Assembly (NCBI GenBank): GCA_965261595.1
Contig: CBDHDG010000007.1
Span: forward strand, 256,001 to 320,000
DNA: 64,000 nucleotides
Direction: 5' to 3'
Origin: a bacterium
Lineage (GTDB): Bacteria > UBA8248 > JACPRG01 > G963555815
The translations under genes were made by a program, and so were the position numbers. The notes beneath the pieces were generated by a model. That model worked only from the letters and a program-made list of their open reading frames with translations, was not told where the DNA came from and searched no databases. This document shows positions 29,624 through 38,801 of the stretch, piece after piece; the first letter of the stretch is position 1, and each line of letters starts with the position of its first letter.

Positions 29624-31345
29624 ATGGTCTTGTTGGCGGCCCTTCAAATCCGGAATTTCGCGCTCATCGAACGGCTTTCAGTGGAATTCGGGCCCGGTCT
29701 GACCGTCCTCACAGGAGAAACCGGAGCGGGGAAGTCCATCATTTTCGGCGCCCTCCAGTTGATATTGGGCGGCCGCGCCTCGGCGGATATCATCCGGACC
29801 GGAGAGAATGAGGCCGCCGTCGAGGCCCTCTTCCAGTTCACCGCGAACGGCCCGGGGGTCGAAACAACGCAACGAATCCGCGACCTGGGAGTCGAGCCCG
29901 GTGAGGAGGGCGAAATGGTGTTGCGGCGCGTCATTCCGGCCGAAGGCAGAAACCGTTGCTTCATCAACGGAAGTCCGGTCACGCTGACCATGCTGGATTC
30001 CGCGGGTGAATTCCTGGTCGACATCCACGGCCAGCACCAGCATCAGCGACTTCTTCACCCCGAGAATCACCTCGAGACCCTGGACGATTTCGGCGAGCTG
30101 CGTGAGCGCCGCAAAGAGATGGCCGGGCTCATCGGCGGGCTTCGCCGGCTGGAGGCCCGTCAGACGGAGCTATCCAGAAGCGAAGCGGACCAGCGGGACC
30201 GCATCGACCTGCTACGATTTCAGACCCGGGAAATCGGGGAAATCAATCCTCTCCCCGGAGAAGACCAAGCGCTGGAGGAGGAGGCCGCTCTGCTCGCAAC
30301 GGCGGAGGAGCGGCATATCCTGGCGCGCGGCGCCCACGAGGAACTTTACGAGTCGGAGGGCGCGCTGGTGGATGGACTGGCGGCCGTCTCGGGCCGGATG
30401 GACCGCCTGGCCGAGCTGGATCCCGTCCTGCGCGAGACGGCCAAAGAGTTCCGCTCCCTGACGGCCCAGGCGGAGGACGCGGCGAGGCGGCTTCAGAGAT
30501 ATGCCGACGCCGTGGATTTCGACTCCGACCAGCAGCGGACTGTGGAAGACCGCCTCGACGTCATCCGGACGGTGAAAAAGAAATACGGCGGATCCATCGA
30601 AGCGGTCCTGGCCCATCAGGAGCGCGCGGCGGCGGAGCTGGAGGGGATCTCGGGACGGGACGAGGCGTTGAAGAAGATCGCCCGAGAGATCGAAGCGGCT
30701 CGTCCCCGGGTCGCGGCGGAGGCCTTGAAGTTTTCCGATGAGCGCAAGAAGACCGCCGCCCGTCTGGGCAAGGCCGTTGAGAAGGAGTTGAGCGGTCTGG
30801 GCATGGGGAAGGTCCGCTTTGTGGTCGCCCTCCGGGACGAGGATAATCCGGACGGTTTCGTTGAACGAAACGGGCGACGGTTGCGGCTGTTCGAGGACGG
30901 CGTGGACCGCGCCGAGTTCCAATTCGAGCCCAATGTGGGAGAGGGGGTCCGGCCCCTGGCGCGCATCGTTTCGGGGGGGGAGCTGTCCCGCGTCATGCTG
31001 GCGATCAAGACCGTCATGGCGGAGCGGGATCGCGTGCCCTCCCTGGTGTTCGATGAGGTGGACGCCGGAATCGGCGGGGCCGTCGCCGAGGTGGTTGGGC
31101 GGAAGCTCAAAGCCATCTCCCGGAGCCACCAGGTGTTCTGCATTACGCATCTTCCGCAAATCGCGGCCCTGGCCGACGCGCATTTCCGAATTGCCAAACA
31201 GGAAAGCGGAAAGCGGACGCGGACCACCATCCTGCCGTTGGGGCCGGAAGAGCGCGTGGATGAGATCGCCCGAATGTCGGGAGGGCGGGAAATCACCGAC
31301 GCCACGCGCCGGCACGCCCGGGAGATGTTGGGGATGAAGGCGTGA
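29624..31345 (+). CDS. recN: DNA repair protein RecN
   Basis: TGETGAGKS, DIHGQH, SGGELSR, FDEVDAG, ITHLPQIAA. Confidence 0.97.
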   Translation: MVLLAALQIRNFALIERLSVEFGPGLTVLTGETGAGKSIIFGALQLILGGRASADIIRTGENEAAVEALFQFTANGPGVETTQRIRDLGVEPGEEGEMVLRRVIPAEGRNRCFINGSPVTLTMLDSAGEFLVDIHGQHQHQRLLHPENHLETLDDFGELRERRKEMAGLIGGLRRLEARQTELSRSEADQRDRIDLLRFQTREIGEINPLPGEDQALEEEAALLATAEERHILARGAHEELYESEGALVDGLAAVSGRMDRLAELDPVLRETAKEFRSLTAQAEDAARRLQRYADAVDFDSDQQRTVEDRLDVIRTVKKKYGGSIEAVLAHQERAAAELEGISGRDEALKKIAREIEAARPRVAAEALKFSDERKKTAARLGKAVEKELSGLGMGKVRFVVALRDEDNPDGFVERNGRRLRLFEDGVDRAEFQFEPNVGEGVRPLARIVSGGELSRVMLAIKTVMAERDRVPSLVFDEVDAGIGGAVAEVVGRKLKAISRSHQVFCITHLPQIAALADAHFRIAKQESGKRTRTTILPLGPEERVDEIARMSGGREITDATRRHAREMLGMKA

Positions 31346-31682
31346 TCTCCATCACCCGCCGGGCCGTCATTCCATCGAGGGATCTCGAAGACCGCCGCAA
31401 CGTGAAATCCAAAACTCCTTTTGGCGGGAAGGACACCCCCCGTGACGCATTTCAAACGTCGAAGGCCGCTTCCCCGCACTGCATTCAATCTCTTGCCAAC
31501 CTCACCCCCCGCGCGTATTCTGGCCCTGGTCAGGGGACGACGGGTTGCGGCAAGGCATTCGCGTTTCCCGTCGGCTGGAGGGTTCGCCCGAAGGCATCGA
31601 CATTCCGCGGCCGCACCCGGTTAGACCTCTGTCCATCATCGGAATCATTCAGGTGCCGACACACCTGGAGGAGTGAGCAGGG

Positions 31683-33296
31683 ATGAGCTCAAGCGGAAAA
31701 TCCCCCAACGGCCCGGTGAACGGGCACGGGCTGGAGAATCACGGAATCTCGAATTCCAAAACGGTCTACTGGAACCTTCCCGCCGTCCGGCTGGTGGAGA
31801 TGGCGGTGGCCCGGGGGGAAGGCTTCCTGGCCCCCACGGGCGCGCTGGTCGCCCGCACCGACCCCTTCACGGGACGCACGCCCAAGGACAAGTTCACGGT
31901 CGCCGAAGCGGGGACGGTGGAAAAGATCTGGTGGGGACCCGTCAATCAGAAGATCGAGCCGGACAAGTTCGAGCGGCTGATCGCCAAGGTTCGCGCCCAC
32001 CTCCGGCAGAGGGATCTCTTCGTCTTCGACGGCTGGGTCGGGGCCGACGTCCGTCACCGGATGGGCGTGCGCATCATCACCGAGAAGGCCTGGCACAACC
32101 TGTTCGCCAAGACCCTCTTCATCCGGCCGACCCGGGAGGAGCTCGAGTCCCACAAGCCCGAGTTCACCGTCATCGACGCCTGCGAGCTTCACGCCGACCC
32201 CGAGACCGACGGCACCCGCTCGCCCACGTTCATCGCCGTCAGCTTCGAGCAGCGCGTCATCATCATTGGGGGCACCCATTACGCCGGGGAGATGAAAAAG
32301 GGCATCTTCGGCATCCTCAACTATCTGCTCCCCGAAAAGGGCATCTGCCCCATGCACTGTTCGGCCAACATGGCGGACGACGGCTCGACGGCGCTTTTCT
32401 TCGGCCTCTCGGGCACGGGGAAGACCACCCTCTCCGCCGACCCGAACCGCCGCCTCATCGGCGACGACGAGCACGGCTGGACGGACAACGGCATCTTCAA
32501 CTTCGAAGGCGGGTGCTACGCCAAGACCATCAACCTCTCCCGCGAGGGCGAGCCCCAGATCTGGGACGCCATCCGTTTCGGCTCCGTCCTCGAGAACGTC
32601 ATCGTCGACCCCGAGACCCGCGAGGTGGATTACGACGACGACACCATCACCGAGAACACCCGCGCGACCTATCCGGTCGAGCACATCGACAACTGCGTCA
32701 TCCCCGGCGTGGGCGGGCACCCGGCGGACGTAATCTTCCTCACGTGCGACGCCTTCGGCGTCCTGCCGCCCATCAGCCGGCTCACCATCGACCAGGCCAT
32801 GTACTACTTCCTCTCGGGCTACACGGCCAAGGTGGCCGGCACGGAGGCCGGACTCAGCGAGCCGGAGGCCACGTTCAGCACGTGCTTCGGCGCCCCCTTC
32901 CTGGCCCATCACCCCACCCGCTACGCCGAGTTGCTGCGCGAAAAAGTGACCCGGCACAAATCGGCCGTCTGGCTGGTGAACACCGGCTGGATCGGCGGCG
33001 CGGCGGGCTCGGTCCCCCGGATGAAGCTGGTCCACACCCGGGCGCTGCTGACGGCCGCCATGGGCCGCAAGCTCGACGACGTAAGCGCCTCGCCCGACCC
33101 TGTCTTCGGCGTCCTCGTTCCGGATTCCTGCCCGGGCGTTCCCGCCGAAATCCTCAAGCCGGCCAACGCCTGGAAGGATCACAAGGAATACGAGGCCAAG
33201 GCCCGGGAGCTGGCGAAGCACTTCGAAGAGAACTTTCGGCAGTACGCCGACCAGGCGACCGCGGAGGTCGTCGCGGCCGGGCCGAAATCCGCTTAG
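31683..33296 (+). CDS. pckA: Phosphoenolpyruvate carboxykinase (ATP)
   Basis: YAGEMKK, MHCSAN, GLSGTGKTTLS, IGDDEHGW, NFEGGCYAK. Confidence 0.98.
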   Translation: MSSSGKSPNGPVNGHGLENHGISNSKTVYWNLPAVRLVEMAVARGEGFLAPTGALVARTDPFTGRTPKDKFTVAEAGTVEKIWWGPVNQKIEPDKFERLIAKVRAHLRQRDLFVFDGWVGADVRHRMGVRIITEKAWHNLFAKTLFIRPTREELESHKPEFTVIDACELHADPETDGTRSPTFIAVSFEQRVIIIGGTHYAGEMKKGIFGILNYLLPEKGICPMHCSANMADDGSTALFFGLSGTGKTTLSADPNRRLIGDDEHGWTDNGIFNFEGGCYAKTINLSREGEPQIWDAIRFGSVLENVIVDPETREVDYDDDTITENTRATYPVEHIDNCVIPGVGGHPADVIFLTCDAFGVLPPISRLTIDQAMYYFLSGYTAKVAGTEAGLSEPEATFSTCFGAPFLAHHPTRYAELLREKVTRHKSAVWLVNTGWIGGAAGSVPRMKLVHTRALLTAAMGRKLDDVSASPDPVFGVLVPDSCPGVPAEILKPANAWKDHKEYEAKARELAKHFEENFRQYADQATAEVVAAGPKSA

Positions 33297-33326
33297 CCGA
33301 AAAGCGTTCCTTGGGGAGCGGCCGAG

Positions 33327-33788
33327 ATGGCCACGGACGCCACGACGCCTGTTGATATCCGCATCGACAAGAAGCGGCTGCTCTACGTTGCCTGGAAGGA
33401 CGGCCACGTCAGCCGGTTTCCCCTCGGCTATCTCCGCAAGCTCTGCCCGTGCGCGACGTGCAACGACCTCCGGCAGAAGCTTTGCGACGCACAGCCTCAA
33501 CCTCCGGCCGGCGGCGGCTTCACGAGCCTCAACGTCCTCCCGGACGCCGCCCCGAGGCCGGTTGGGTCCACGGAGATCACCGAAGCCCATCCGGTCGGCC
33601 GGTACGCCCTCCAGTTCGTCTGGAGCGACGGTCACGACACCGGGATTTATTCCTTCGACATCCTCCGCGCCCAGTCGCCCGCCGACCCCTATCAAGCGGA
33701 TGAAATGTGGGAAGGGAAGCGCGTGGCCCGGCTCGGCGAGGACCTCGAAGCCGAATCCCGCGCGAAGAACGCCCCGCTCTGGGAGTAG
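33327..33788 (+). CDS. DUF971 (GBBH-like N-terminal) protein
   Basis: LRKLCPCATC, VGRYALQFVWSDGHDTGIYS. Confidence 0.9.
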   Translation: MATDATTPVDIRIDKKRLLYVAWKDGHVSRFPLGYLRKLCPCATCNDLRQKLCDAQPQPPAGGGFTSLNVLPDAAPRPVGSTEITEAHPVGRYALQFVWSDGHDTGIYSFDILRAQSPADPYQADEMWEGKRVARLGEDLEAESRAKNAPLWE

Positions 33789-33804
33789 CGGCCTCTAAAT
33801 GAGA

Positions 33805-33833
33805 CACTGGCGGACAAGCCGCCAGTGGCGCCC
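33805..33833. repeat. Intergenic palindrome (REP-like)
   Basis: CACTGGCGG-ACAAG-CCGCCAGTG perfect 9-bp stem between convergent genes. Confidence 0.55.
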
Positions 33834-33895
33834 GTCTTTGAGGAGGTTCGGAATTCGTGAAGTTATCTACGTAACGCGACACTAACCATTCCCCC

Positions 33896-35350
33896 TCACT
33901 TCCGGTCCCAACTCCTCACACCCGGTTTCAGGTCATCGGTCGTCAGGATCACGGGCTTCAACAAGTCCCCGCCCTTCTCCCCGATGAGGCGAAGGGTGAC
34001 GCGGGGGGGGTCGGCCGTCGTATCGAACTCCAGAAGTCCGAAATTCTTCGAGAACGCGTTCGGGGGGCGAACGGGGCGAAATCCCCCGGGCAGAAATCTC
34101 CCCCGGTACACCCCCTGGGCCAGGGGGGAGCTGATGACCTCATACAGGTCGTACCCCCCGAAATCCGACCAGGGGATAACGTTGATCCGCGGCAAGTGGC
34201 TGTCGCCCGCCAGAAGAAAAACCCCGGTGATCCCATGGTCCCGGATATACCTGAAAATCTCGTCCCGCTCGTTGAGGAACGCCCCCCACGAATCTCCGAA
34301 GCCGCCCTTCCCCTCCGTCCAGGCGCCCGAGGCGACCAGGACCTTGAAGACCACCCGGCTTCTCCGCAACTCCGCCTTCAGCCATTCTTTCTGCCGGGTC
34401 CCGAGGTGGGTCTTCTCCGGTCCAGCCAGGGCGCGGTTTGGATCGCGGTGCGTGCGGGTGTCGAGGAGAAAAAAATCCACGTCCCCGATGGACCACCGGA
34501 AGAAGACACCCGGGGTTCCTGGAAGGCCATATCCGGGATTGGCCCAATACTCCCGGAAGACCCGCAAAGAATTCCCTTTGCCGGAAAACCGCCGGTCGCC
34601 GTCATTGAGGCCGAAATCGTGGTCGTCCCAGATAGCGAGCTGCGGAACGGAGGCCTGGAAATCGAGAAGGTTTTTCACCCCGCGCTGACGCCGGTATTTC
34701 CGGCGCAACACCGACGGATTCCCGGAGTCGCCATAGATGTTGTCCCCCAGCCACAGGAAGGCGTGGGGACGGGCCGAAGAAACCGCCCGCCAAATCCGCT
34801 GGACCGGGTCCACGTCTACGGACGCGCACGAGCCGAAGGCGACCCGGAATTTTCCCGGCGTCCGGGATGGAGGAAGCGTCCGGAAGACCCGCGCGGGTCG
34901 GGATTTTCCCCCGACCGCCTCCTTCCCGTTGATGAGAAGTTCATAGCGGTAGGCCGTGTCCGGATCGAGACCCGACAACGCAATGACTGCCGTGTAATCG
35001 TATTCCGGAAGCGCCGCGACGGCCCGTGACGCCAGTCCCCGCCCGTTCTTTTCGGATTTCACCGCCCGGTAGCGAACCTGAACCTTGTGATTCCCATTCA
35101 CGCGGACCCAGATCCTCGCTTCCCGATCCGAGACGAACCCAACCATGGGCCCCTGTAGAAGGCGGGGCGGCTTTTGGGAGCTGTCGGTGATTCCGGTTGT
35201 GGCGACGGGTTGGGACAGGGCTTGGCCGAGAAGCGGGCCGGAGGAGATCAGGAGGGCAAAGGCAGTCGCGGGAAAGGCCAATGCCCTGGCGGTCCCTACC
35301 GTGAAACCGCCGGAGCGGAGCCTTTTTCGCAGAAAAATCCGTTCAGTCAA
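33896..35350 (-). CDS. Alkaline phosphatase D family protein
   Basis: FGSC, GDNIYGD, WDDHDFG, LDTR, GDSH; start uncertain. Confidence 0.9.
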   Translation of the reverse strand: MTERIFLRKRLRSGGFTVGTARALAFPATAFALLISSGPLLGQALSQPVATTGITDSSQKPPRLLQGPMVGFVSDREARIWVRVNGNHKVQVRYRAVKSEKNGRGLASRAVAALPEYDYTAVIALSGLDPDTAYRYELLINGKEAVGGKSRPARVFRTLPPSRTPGKFRVAFGSCASVDVDPVQRIWRAVSSARPHAFLWLGDNIYGDSGNPSVLRRKYRRQRGVKNLLDFQASVPQLAIWDDHDFGLNDGDRRFSGKGNSLRVFREYWANPGYGLPGTPGVFFRWSIGDVDFFLLDTRTHRDPNRALAGPEKTHLGTRQKEWLKAELRRSRVVFKVLVASGAWTEGKGGFGDSWGAFLNERDEIFRYIRDHGITGVFLLAGDSHLPRINVIPWSDFGGYDLYEVISSPLAQGVYRGRFLPGGFRPVRPPNAFSKNFGLLEFDTTADPPRVTLRLIGEKGGDLLKPVILTTDDLKPGVRSWDRK

Positions 35351-35362
35351 TCGTTTTTCCGC

Positions 35363-35437
35363 TCAGTCGCGAGCGATGAAGATGCAGATAGCCTCAAGGT
35401 CATCGAAAGCCTGTGGCGTCCACCTTACTTAAGCCAT
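35363..35437 (-). pseudogene. RelE/ParE toxin remnant
   Basis: Reads MA*VRWTPQAFDDLEAICIFIARD*, resembling the intact toxin at 38152-38445; overlaps the antitoxin end. Confidence 0.75.
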
Positions 35438-35607
35438 CCAGCCATCCGCCGGCGGGCCTCCTCCTGACTGATCATCTCTCCACGGTTCGCTTGGCGAAGA
35501 CCCCTGTGAATCTTGTAGAGCAGGTATAGTCGGTCGATGGCGTCCCCAACACTGGCGTCGTCGGGCAGTTCTTCGATTGCCTTCAAGATCTGTTGCTTGG
35601 CTTCCAC
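35425..35607 (-). CDS. Putative antitoxin (RelE/ParE-associated)
   Basis: AKQQILKAIEELPDDAS...RGL...ISQEEARRRM; GGAGG upstream of the GTG start; homologous to 38433-38618. Confidence 0.75.
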   Translation of the reverse strand: MEAKQQILKAIEELPDDASVGDAIDRLYLLYKIHRGLRQANRGEMISQEEARRRMAGWLK

Positions 35608-35684
35608 AATGCACCCTCCCATCAAAGTTCAGCTATAGCGTAGCATGAACTCTGTCCGGGATCACTTCGCTTACCGCCGCGGGT

Positions 35685-35744
35685 GTATAACGACAGGCCT
35701 GAGCCGCGCGCGCAAGCGCGTCGGCCTCCAGGGGTTTGTTAGCG
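35685..35744 (-). other. attC site (60 bp)
   Basis: Minus strand CGCTAAC...GTTATAC with internal palindrome, 10 bp after a cassette stop codon. Confidence 0.88.
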
Positions 35745-35754
35745 CTGAATATGA

Positions 35755-36343
35755 TCACAATAACCCCACTCGGTATACGCGAGCATAGTGATCTCGTGGG
35801 AGGGACTTGGACAATACGCCAATTACGTGAGCGTCGAACTCCCCGCCAAGCGCGTTTGTGAAAGTCATGGGCTTACCCGCGAAATATTCCGGCCGGATGT
35901 CCATTTCAGCCCCAGAAGGCAGCCCGAAAAAATGTTCGTATCCGTTGCTCGGGTTTCTAAAGTAAACTGCCATCTCTTCAGTCGTCACATAGACGAAGTA
36001 GCAGGTGTCCTTTGTGGCTTCGTGTACCAAGAGAAGTCGGTGCAGATCTCGGAAGACGTATCCAGCTTTTCGCGTCTTGGGTTGATTCTTCCCGCCGGGC
36101 GGATCACGGTCGTACTTGAACTCGATGGCGATTGACTGCCCACCGTAGTTTGGCAACCAGGTATCAACGTACGCGCGAGGTATAGCGGGGTGAGGATACT
36201 CGAGAACAACGTCGTCAGGAGGAACCCCGTCATAAAGGAGGGCAGCAAAGAGTGTGTACCGGACCAGAATCTTCGGTTGTCACGACGCCCTTCTCGAGGC
36301 GCACCTCAAGAAGTCTGCCGAACTCTTGAAACACCTTGTTCAT
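35755..36343 (-). pseudogene. PD-(D/E)XK nuclease-like cassette gene with a frameshift near 36265
   Basis: MNKVFQEF...TTEDS/VRYT...LEYP...VDTW...AIEFK; one extra base separates the two frames; ATG abuts the GTTAGA core. Confidence 0.65.
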
Positions 36344-36353
36344 TCTAACTTGG

Positions 36354-36420
36354 GGGAATCTGGGGGACACCATACCTATTTCTCAAAGTCAAGAATTTAG
36401 TATGGTGTCCCTGGAATCCC
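36354..36420. repeat. ~67-bp palindromic element, copy 1
   Basis: GGGACACCATAC...GTATGGTGTCCC inverted repeat; near-identical to 38701-38767. Confidence 0.88.
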
Positions 36421-36430
36421 GTGCGGTCTC

Positions 36431-36733
36431 TCATCTTCGCTGTTTCCAAGTGTCCGGGTGACGGTGCATATGCAGAACGGCAAGGATGACTACTCGATTC
36501 GGCTTCGGTTCAGGCACGAAGTAGATACCGTAAGGAAAGCGACGTAACAACGCACGACGCATGCCTTTCTCAAGCTCAGGAAATTGGAGGGGATTTTCGG
36601 CAATTCTTGCAAAGACCTCCGTGAGGCCGTCCAGAAATCGAGTCCCGAGTCCGCGCTGTTGCTCCTCGTACCATAACGTAGAAATCTCAACGTCAAGTCC
36701 CGCTTCCGGCCGAAGAATCAGCGGCCACGCCAT
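36431..36733 (-). CDS. RelE/ParE family toxin
   Basis: LRPEAGLDV...WYEEQQRGLG...RRALLRRFPYGIYF...ILAVLH. Confidence 0.9.
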   Translation of the reverse strand: MAWPLILRPEAGLDVEISTLWYEEQQRGLGTRFLDGLTEVFARIAENPLQFPELEKGMRRALLRRFPYGIYFVPEPKPNRVVILAVLHMHRHPDTWKQRR

Positions 36734-36981
36734 TAGTCGGAGGGTTGGCCGCGAAGCCTGCCTCGCACTTCCTCCCGAACCTGCTCCCAGGTCTTTCCTT
36801 GTTCGGGTTCGGTCCGATAAGCCGCTAGCCTTTCATCTAAGACGCGCAAATGCCAGTTTGGAACGGGGACTTGCTGTGGGGTTGCCAGGATTCGCTCCCA
36901 AAGGGACTGCACATAGTCAATTTTCTCTTCCACCTGGAGTTCGTCGAACCCCGCTGGTGGGTTCGGCACAGCCTCGGCCAT
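36733..36981 (-). CDS. Addiction module antitoxin
   Basis: EEKIDYVQSLWERI...WHLRVLDERL...TWEQVR; GAGGAGG RBS; coupled to the toxin. Confidence 0.88.
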   Translation of the reverse strand: MAEAVPNPPAGFDELQVEEKIDYVQSLWERILATPQQVPVPNWHLRVLDERLAAYRTEPEQGKTWEQVREEVRGRLRGQPSD

Positions 36982-37057
36982 TATCTTATCCTCCTCAGAA
37001 GGAATCTACGCCGAAACATGCCAATTAGCAATTCTGGCGCTGCGGCCCTGCGAGCCG

Positions 37058-37105
37058 GGGTAACGGCTGCGCTCAGCTACCGACGGGCGAGCAACGCGAA
37101 CCCCC
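37058..37105 (-). other. Truncated attC (core GTTACCC plus one arm)
   Basis: TAACGGCTGCGCTCAGCT.. arm typical of attC, fused directly to the antitoxin duplicate. Confidence 0.6.
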
Positions 37106-37229
37106 GGTCCGTTTGGCGAAGGCCTCTGTCAATCTTGTAGAGCAGGTAGAGTCGGTCGATGGTGTCCTCAACACTGGCGTCGTCGGGCAGTTCTTCGATT
37201 GCCTTCAAAATTTGTTGCTTGGCTTCCAC
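37077..37229 (-). pseudogene. Truncated second copy of the 35425-35607 antitoxin
   Basis: VEAKQQILKAIEELPDDASVEDTIDRLYLLYKIDRGLRQ, then runs into attC sequence; toxin absent. Confidence 0.8.
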
Positions 37230-37307
37230 AATGCACCCTCCGATCAAAGGTCAACCATAGCGTAGCATGAACGCTATCCGGGGCCACCTCGCTTACTCGC
37301 CACGGGT

Positions 37308-37404
37308 GTATAACGACAAAGTTCAGCAGTCGGGGTCGCCGAGAGACGCTGACGCGCGCAGAAACCAGTGGGCGGCCCCGGTCTGCTGCAACGCCATGTT
37401 AGGC
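37308..37404 (-). other. attC site (97 bp)
   Basis: Minus strand GCCTAAC...GTTATAC with long paired arms (GTTGCAGCAGACCGGGG / CCCCGACTGCTGAAC). Confidence 0.92.
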
Positions 37405-37411
37405 GCGGCCC

Positions 37412-38044
37412 TTACTCCACACGCTTGTACACGCTGTTCAAGAAGAACAAGAACAAAGGCGTTTTTTCCGACGCTGAGGGCATGCACGCCTTCAAGGACC
37501 CTGCCATCTCCACCACGACGTTGCACGCCCACCGGGCAACCGCTCGCGTGCTGATCTGACCGAGCCAAGATGCCGTCACTTTCGGCCCGAAATCTTCGCA
37601 GAGATCCTTTGCTCGGAGGCGCTGGAGAATCTTGTGCGGCTCTCCCGTAATATTTTCCGGCATCATGTGGATGATGGCATCCCGCATGGAAAAAAGAGTA
37701 TCGAAGTCTTGATAAGGTTGCGAACCCTTATCGTAGCTCTCGCCCCCAAGCACAACCTTGGCGAGAAGAAACTTGAGCCGAATCTCCCCTCTGGAAGCCT
37801 CTGTCTCATCGAGGATCGCCGCGACCGACTGGAGCGGTTTGTAACCGAATAGCGCCGAGTCGGATTCCGCCATTAAAGCAAGTTCCATGACGAAGGCTTC
37901 GAGCGTTGCGGCCGAAAAGAGAATTGCGACCAAGACGTCGTTTTCCGCGCTGGTCTTGTCAGGCGGTGCAGACTTCAGGCGTTCGCAGGCTGAAACTGCA
38001 ACGCCGAAGAGGATGCCAGAGTTTAGGAAGTAGCCGCCCATCAT
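37412..38044 (-). CDS. HEPN-like cassette protein
   Basis: Helical protein with upstream TLEAF and RxxxxH motif RDAIIH; GGAG RBS. Confidence 0.65.
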   Translation of the reverse strand: MMGGYFLNSGILFGVAVSACERLKSAPPDKTSAENDVLVAILFSAATLEAFVMELALMAESDSALFGYKPLQSVAAILDETEASRGEIRLKFLLAKVVLGGESYDKGSQPYQDFDTLFSMRDAIIHMMPENITGEPHKILQRLRAKDLCEDFGPKVTASWLGQISTRAVARWACNVVVEMAGSLKACMPSASEKTPLFLFFLNSVYKRVE

Positions 38045-38058
38045 TGCATCTCCACGCC

Positions 38059-38147
38059 GCCTAACGTTAGCGATGACCAAGCGGGCCGGCATAGGTAGAA
38101 GAGCAGGGTTTTAGGCATAATCCCGTCTGTCCATTACATGGTTATGC
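38059..38147 (-). other. attC site (89 bp)
   Basis: Minus strand GCATAAC...GTTAGGC, 4 bp after the toxin stop codon. Confidence 0.82.
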
Positions 38148-38151
38148 GCGA

Positions 38152-38445
38152 TCAGAGCTGATACTTGCTGATATCGAGCGAACCGTGGAAGACACCCAGG
38201 ACATCGATGTTCCGCCCATCCTTGATCAGATAGGCGATGCGGTAGTGGCCGTAGAGGAGAATCCGTACATGGCGGCTCGCTCCCCAATAGCGATGCCCCA
38301 TCTCAGGAAAGTCAGCCAGCACCTGCGTCCGCTCGTAGATGCCGTTGACGGTTTGGGCAGCCGCGTGCGGATTATCCTGGGCAATGTACTCGAAGATGTC
38401 CTTGAGCCAATGCTGAGCCTCTGCGGTCCAAGTTATCTCTGCCAT
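38152..38445 (-). CDS. RelE/ParE family toxin
   Basis: ITWTAEAQHWLKDIFEYIAQDNP...FPEMG...YRIAY...LGVFHG. Confidence 0.92.
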   Translation of the reverse strand: MAEITWTAEAQHWLKDIFEYIAQDNPHAAAQTVNGIYERTQVLADFPEMGHRYWGASRHVRILLYGHYRIAYLIKDGRNIDVLGVFHGSLDISKYQL

Positions 38446-38618
38446 GAGCGGATGCGTCGCGCCATCTCATCATTCGAGATGACTCGGCCCGCGTCTGAGT
38501 CAGTAAGCCCCCGCTCGACCATGACGTGAAAGGCCAGTTCACGAACGATCTCGTCGCGCGAGCTGTCCTCCGGTTGCTCTTCGATGAGCTTCGTCAGTTC
38601 TTGCTTCGCTTTCGACAT
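38433..38618 (-). CDS. Putative antitoxin
   Basis: Overlaps the toxin start; VERGLTDSDAGRVISNDEM; GGAGG RBS. Confidence 0.82.
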   Translation of the reverse strand: MSKAKQELTKLIEEQPEDSSRDEIVRELAFHVMVERGLTDSDAGRVISNDEMARRIRSWQR

Positions 38619-38677
38619 AGGCCACGCCTCCAGTCTGCCTTGAATCTTGTCACACTCAAAGAATACGATCAAATAGC

Positions 38678-38791
38678 AGATAACGACCCTGGCGTTCAGC
38701 GGGAATCTGGGGGGACACCCTACTTATTTCTCAAAGTCAATAATTTAGTATGGTGTCCCCGAATCCCGGCAGATTCAGCAGCTTGTTAGCT
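38678..38791 (-). other. attC site interrupted by the palindromic element
   Basis: Minus strand AGCTAAC...GTTATCT cores retained; centre occupied by 38701-38767. Confidence 0.75.
38701..38767. repeat. ~67-bp palindromic element, copy 2
   Basis: GGGGACACCCTAC...GTATGGTGTCCCC; differs from copy 1 at only a few positions. Confidence 0.88.
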
Positions 38792-38801
38792 AGGCAGCGT
38801 A

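Noticed and set aside
31673..33695. Long alternative ORFs (560 aa on +, 668 aa on -) over pckA
   Set aside because: Shadow frames produced by strong GC3 bias in a clearly identified gene
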